Shown piece by piece: positions 59,693-64,000 of a stretch of 64,000 bases of DNA; within the stretch, counting starts at the first letter, position 1, and every line of letters begins with the position of its first letter. A program made the translations under genes and the position numbers. The notes beneath the pieces were generated by a model. It did no database searches, was not told where the DNA came from, and saw only the letters and a program-made list of their open reading frames with translations. Origin of the DNA: Asterias rubens (Eukaryota); the NCBI RefSeq assembly GCF_902459465.1, contig NC_047066.1, positions 9,362,001-9,426,000 of the forward strand, read 5' to 3'.

Positions 59693-60015
59693 GGCAGTGG
59701 ACGATATTGGTTATTTCTCAAAGTAATATTGTTAAAAGCTAACAGCCCCCTCTGAAGTAACGTAGTTTTCGATAAAGAAGTATCTTTCTACGAATTTGAT
59801 TTCGAGACCTCAAAATTACTAGATTTTGAGGTCCCGAAATCAAGCATCTGAAAGCACACAACTTCGTGTGGCGTGGATGTTTTTTCTTTCATTATTATCT
59901 CGCAACTTCGACGACCAATGTTCAAATTTTCACGGGTTTGTTATTTTGTGTATAATTTGAGATACACCAAGTGAGAAGACTGGTCTTTGACAACTACCAA
60001 AAATGTCCTGATGTC
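59693..60015. mobile_element. Kolobok/T2-like MITE (dominant family)
   Basis: TTAA|AGGCAGTGGAC ... GTC-TTAA, with an internal deletion. Confidence 0.8.
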
Positions 60016-61411
60016 TTAAAGAGGTTTTTAGAAAGACCAATATCAAGAGGGTTAAAATAAACTTCAAATGAATTGTTTTTAAAACCATATGACAGTTAAC
60101 TTGTCCCATATCAGAGTAATAACAAAATAATTTGCTTTATCCACGATCCAATTATTACGCATGTTAAATAAATATAACGGTATAGTAAGCCGTATTTGTC
60201 CGTAGATAAAACAAAGAAGATAGTGGAAGCACTTCAAGTGGTATCTTAACTGTTGAGTATTATTATTATATTATACTCCTGAACTAAATTCCAGGAAGTT
60301 GCGATGTTAATAGATAAATAAAACATGGAATGAAATAAGCATGTAATAGTCTCTGAGCATTCATATTAAAGGGAAGGTACACCTTTGGTAATTGTCAAAG
60401 ACCAGTGTTTTCACTGGGTGTATCCCAACATAAGCATAAAATAACAAACCTGTGAACATTTGAGCTAAATTGGTCATCGAAGTTGCGAGAAAATGATGAG
60501 AGAAAAAACACCCTTGTTGGACGAATTTGTGTGCTTTCAGATAGGAATAAAATACTTCTGGCTAGAAGTCTTTTACTATTTTAGTGAGAAATTACCTCTT
60601 TCTCAAAATCTATGCTACTTCAGAGGGAGCCGTTTCCTAAATATTTTATACTATCAACAGCTCTCCAATGCTCGTTACCAAGTAAATTTTTAAGTTAATA
60701 TTTGTTTTGAGTAATTACCAAACGTGGTTTTTGGGGGGAGGTTCGATTCCGCATAATCGTTTATGATGGATGTCTGGTGGGAAAAGTCTTGAATAGTGAC
60801 GTAAGGCCACCCCCCCCCCCCCGCAAAACTTAATAATAATAATGTTTAGCGTCGATTTTTTTTAACGAAACCAAAATAATAATAAATACATCTCAGACGA
60901 AAACAAACCATTTTGACAAAAAAACGGTTGTCTTATTAAAAAATGTGTCGTGCGGTCATTTTGTGTACTAAAAAGGGCATCCCCCTTTTTTTTTCAAAAA
61001 TGCGTAACGCCAAACATGTTTTTTTCTTTTCTTAATTTGGCTTAAAACTCCATGGTAATATCACAAATTTTTCCCGAAACAGCGAAATTGATGTGCCACT
61101 TAATGGGGTTATAAAACGCCCCTACTCCCACAACTCCCCCCACTCCCCGGTTTGCAATTTTCTGTGTGGCCCCTCCCTGTGAGTCAAAATTTACATGCGC
61201 CAATCTCGACAGGGCACCACACCAACCAGGGTATTGTCCGATAAAGCTTACAGACAAACACAAACACAAAGAAGGCCAACAGTGACTTGCAACTTCTTTG
61301 CTGTCGTGGCATGCATGGGCCAGTGATGACACAACCAATGGGTAGTCCTAATCATTATACCATCATCACTGTATAGGCGTAGGGTGTGTGTAATAAGTGT
61401 CTCTGGCAACT

Positions 61412-61424
61412 AGAACAGGTAAGT
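61412..61424 (+). promoter_or_regulatory. Probable donor of a non-coding first exon of GST paralog 3
   Basis: AGAACAG|GTAAGT, same context as 52034-52046; a polypyrimidine tract plus AG lies about 50 nt before ATG 62749. Confidence 0.5.
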
Positions 61425-62051
61425 GCCATAAAGCCATGTTGAGATATAGGTGGACAATAACTATACCACTAAATTTGGATTGGGTAAATTTGTCTGTAGA
61501 CACCCAAATCAAACCGTACACTCATTTATAGTGGCCACCACACTTCGACAAGGCTAATTGAATGTGCTGTATATATATAGAATGTTCAATTCAATCCAGT
61601 AAGACATTTATTTCAAATTGACATCCTCAATGACGACAGAGAACACAATTTATATCAGGACCTTTAAACAGTAGTTTGCATTGCAACAGAATTAGTATAA
61701 CCAACTTTGTTTCCAGCACGGATCTTGCTTTTTTTAACGTCTTCGAATACCGTAAGGAGAGTCGGTTCAACCATGGGCTCCATGGTTCAACCATGGAGAT
61801 GGTATTAGGCTATATGGTTTATTGAAATCAAAACGAAACATGCATGGCATATCAATACGATATTTGGATAATGCATTCTACAAAAAGGAGGGTAAGCCAG
61901 GCTAGGAATGATGGTACATTCCATTCCACTGAACCCCAGATATGCACTCAGCGAAGGTTGCGCCCCTCGCCATTTGTGCCCATGTCACATCTATGACCTA
62001 TACCGAGTCGGATCCAATACCGAAATCCACCATGATACTGGATATGACCAG

Positions 62052-62298
62052 GGGACCCAATTTCATCGAGCTGCTAAGCACACAAATTTGCTTAGCATAA
62101 AATTTATTCCTTGATAAAAACAGGATTAGCAACCAAATTTATAATTGTTGCATATTGCTCGTTACTGGTATTCAGCTGTTGTTTGCTTATAAAAACCACG
62201 GGGAAATTTGGTTGGTAATCCTGTTTTTATCAAAAGGAAGACATTTTATGCTAAGCAAATTTGTGTGCTTAGGTTAGCAGCTCTATGAAATTGGGCCC
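62052..62298. mobile_element. Long-TIR palindromic MITE
   Basis: GGGACCCAATTTCATCGAGCTGCTAAGCACACAAATTTGCTTAGCATAAAAT is inverted to ATTTTATGCTAAGCAAATTTGTGTGCTTAG..CAGCTCTATGAAATTGGGCCC. Confidence 0.85.
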
Positions 62299-62748
62299 AG
62301 ACCAAAGCTCTGCGGACCCGAGGAGGTAGACATATTTTAAAGGTCTGATAATGGAGGAAAAACTTTAATTTCTCCTCCATTTTCTGACTAAACTAATGGT
62401 CCGAATATTACAGTTGTTCAGTTGTTGTGTTTTACTCACTTGTTTCCACAAAAAAGGGATATTCTTTTATTTTTGTCACAAAGTGGACAAGTTGTGACAT
62501 GATACGTATATTTTTTTCCAGTAACAAACCGTTATTCTAAAAAAAAAAAAAAGTAACACGTAAAATATTTTCTCTGTTGTCCTGTTTTGGGTTTAGTTTT
62601 GATTGGCTTTTCTTACATCTTCAAGTGCTTTTTTCTTGATTTTCCTTGATTTTCTTTTTGATAAAAACTAAACTACAAATAACTTTGTTTTCTCAGTTGT
62701 AGTGTTTTTGAAATCGCATTATCTCCGCTCCACCATCCTCCACTCACC

Positions 62749-63868
62749 ATGGTTCTTACCGTATACGCACACGGCGTGTCCCAGCCTTCGCGGACAGTCA
62801 ACATATTCTGCAAAGTCAACAAACTCGACTACACAGACACATCTATCGATTTGATGACTGGTGAGATAATAAATTCAAATTAATTTACCTAATCAAACCA
62901 TGGAAGTTTAGGTATTATACATGATTGGTTGAATGGTTGAACTGGCAGACTAGTCAGTTTCTGGTTTGATTTGTAGCAATTGTGCCACACCGTGTAAACC
63001 ATTTCTTGGGGCTATTATGTAAAAGGAATAGGTCTCATAATGGACCCTTCCCATGAAATATGCTAATCACATTCACGCATGCGAACAGACCCTGTCGGTT
63101 GGCAAACGCCATAGACCTTATCGCAAATACCAATGCGCAAGCGCCGACTTTTGAATAAGGTGCATTGTGGGATAGATATGGATCAAATTTGGGTACCAGC
63201 AAGACCACAATGCACCTAATTCCAAGCTTTACGCGCGCGCCCCGGTATTTGCGATAAGGTCTATAGAGTTGTGCACTAAGCAGCTAGACGCGCAATCGCG
63301 TCTGCGTCACGCACCCATTAGATGTGTACAAAACAGCGCGATGTTCCCTCATTTTGCCAACCAAAACGTTAGTGCGCACGCGCTATGTGCAATTTACATA
63401 TTTCATGGGAAGGGTCTATTCAAACGTACAGCCTAACAAACTTTACAGGAAAATACGGAATGTGTAAGTGCCTTGAGCGCGTTATAAGAAGCCACTATTC
63501 GTTACAGCCGGTGTTTATGATTTATGTGATGAGCTATGACACATGGAATTACATAACTGGAAAAGTTTGGATTTAAACCGTTGTCTGAGTCGAGAAAAAA
63601 ATTTGATAGAAAACAAAAACATCCAAAATTTCCTTACCAATCTTTCCTTACGTCTTTACCATTTTTTTAAAACTTCTCCCCATCACCCCCATACTTTATT
63701 TTCCTCCAATTAAATGACGACTGATAATCATTAATTTTTTTTCTTTAAATGTTTCTAATGTTGTCGGTTTTTGTTTCCAGGTGAACACAAGAAGGAGCCT
63801 TACTTGAAGATTAACCCTGCGGGACAGGTCCCAGCTATAACTGATGATGATTTCTGTCTTGCAGAATG
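62749..63868 (+). CDS. GSTT1: Glutathione S-transferase theta-class, paralog 3, first two coding exons (gene runs off right edge)
   Basis: Exons 62749-62860 (112 nt) and 63781-63868 (88 nt): [66 protein letters not shown]. Family-level symbol. Confidence 0.9.
63039..63420. mobile_element. MITE with TIR ATGGACCCTTCCCATGAAATATG containing a nested 154-bp MITE (63111-63264)
   Basis: Outer termini ATGGACCCTTCCCATGAAATATG / CATATTTCATGGGAAGGGTCTAT; inner termini ATAGACCTTATCGCAAATAC / GTATTTGCGATAAGGTCTAT. Confidence 0.8.
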
Positions 63869-64000
63869 GTAAGTCATTGAAAACAGCATTACTGTAAAAA
63901 ACAAATACTGTTCTTTCTTTTGTCCCTGCATTTTAGAACCTTCCACATACTTTGTACAGAAAGTTCCTTGTGGAGCAACACTGTCTTAAGAATTCCCATA

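Noticed and set aside
414-63868. Idea that peroxidase, BCKDK, UNC93 and GSTs form one co-regulated redox/immune system
   Set aside because: Nothing in the sequence (shared motifs or operon-like structure) supports this beyond adjacency.

Overview
AT-rich, intron-containing animal genomic DNA with four N gaps. The repeat families suggest an echinoderm, probably a sea star (inference, not verified). Genes were reconstructed by hand from GT-AG exons with consistent phases. In order: (1) the 5' five coding exons of a secreted animal heme peroxidase (- strand, runs off the left edge); (2) a complete 10-exon BCKDK; (3) three divergent UNC93A-like MFS genes, namely one on the - strand head-to-head with copy A, plus a ~98% identical copy B lying in a rearranged duplicated block; (4) a tandem array of theta-class GSTs (two complete, one running off the right edge). 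Introns and spacers are packed with transposon derivatives: more than 25 pieces of a TTAA-flanked Kolobok/T2-like MITE, other MITEs, tRNA-derived SINEs, an RTE-type LINE end, a hAT-like element with a 7-bp TSD, and a 5'-truncated Penelope-like element (PLE). The strongest leads are: an apparently intact minimal hammerhead ribozyme at the PLE 3' end; a second repeat family carrying decayed hammerheads; a ~500-bp inverted repeat pair tightly bracketing BCKDK exons 3-6 (circRNA/skipping geometry); the microhomology-joined UNC93 duplication; and a Glu-Cys codon pair in place of Glu-Ser in the GST cluster. No prokaryotic features or CRISPR arrays were found.
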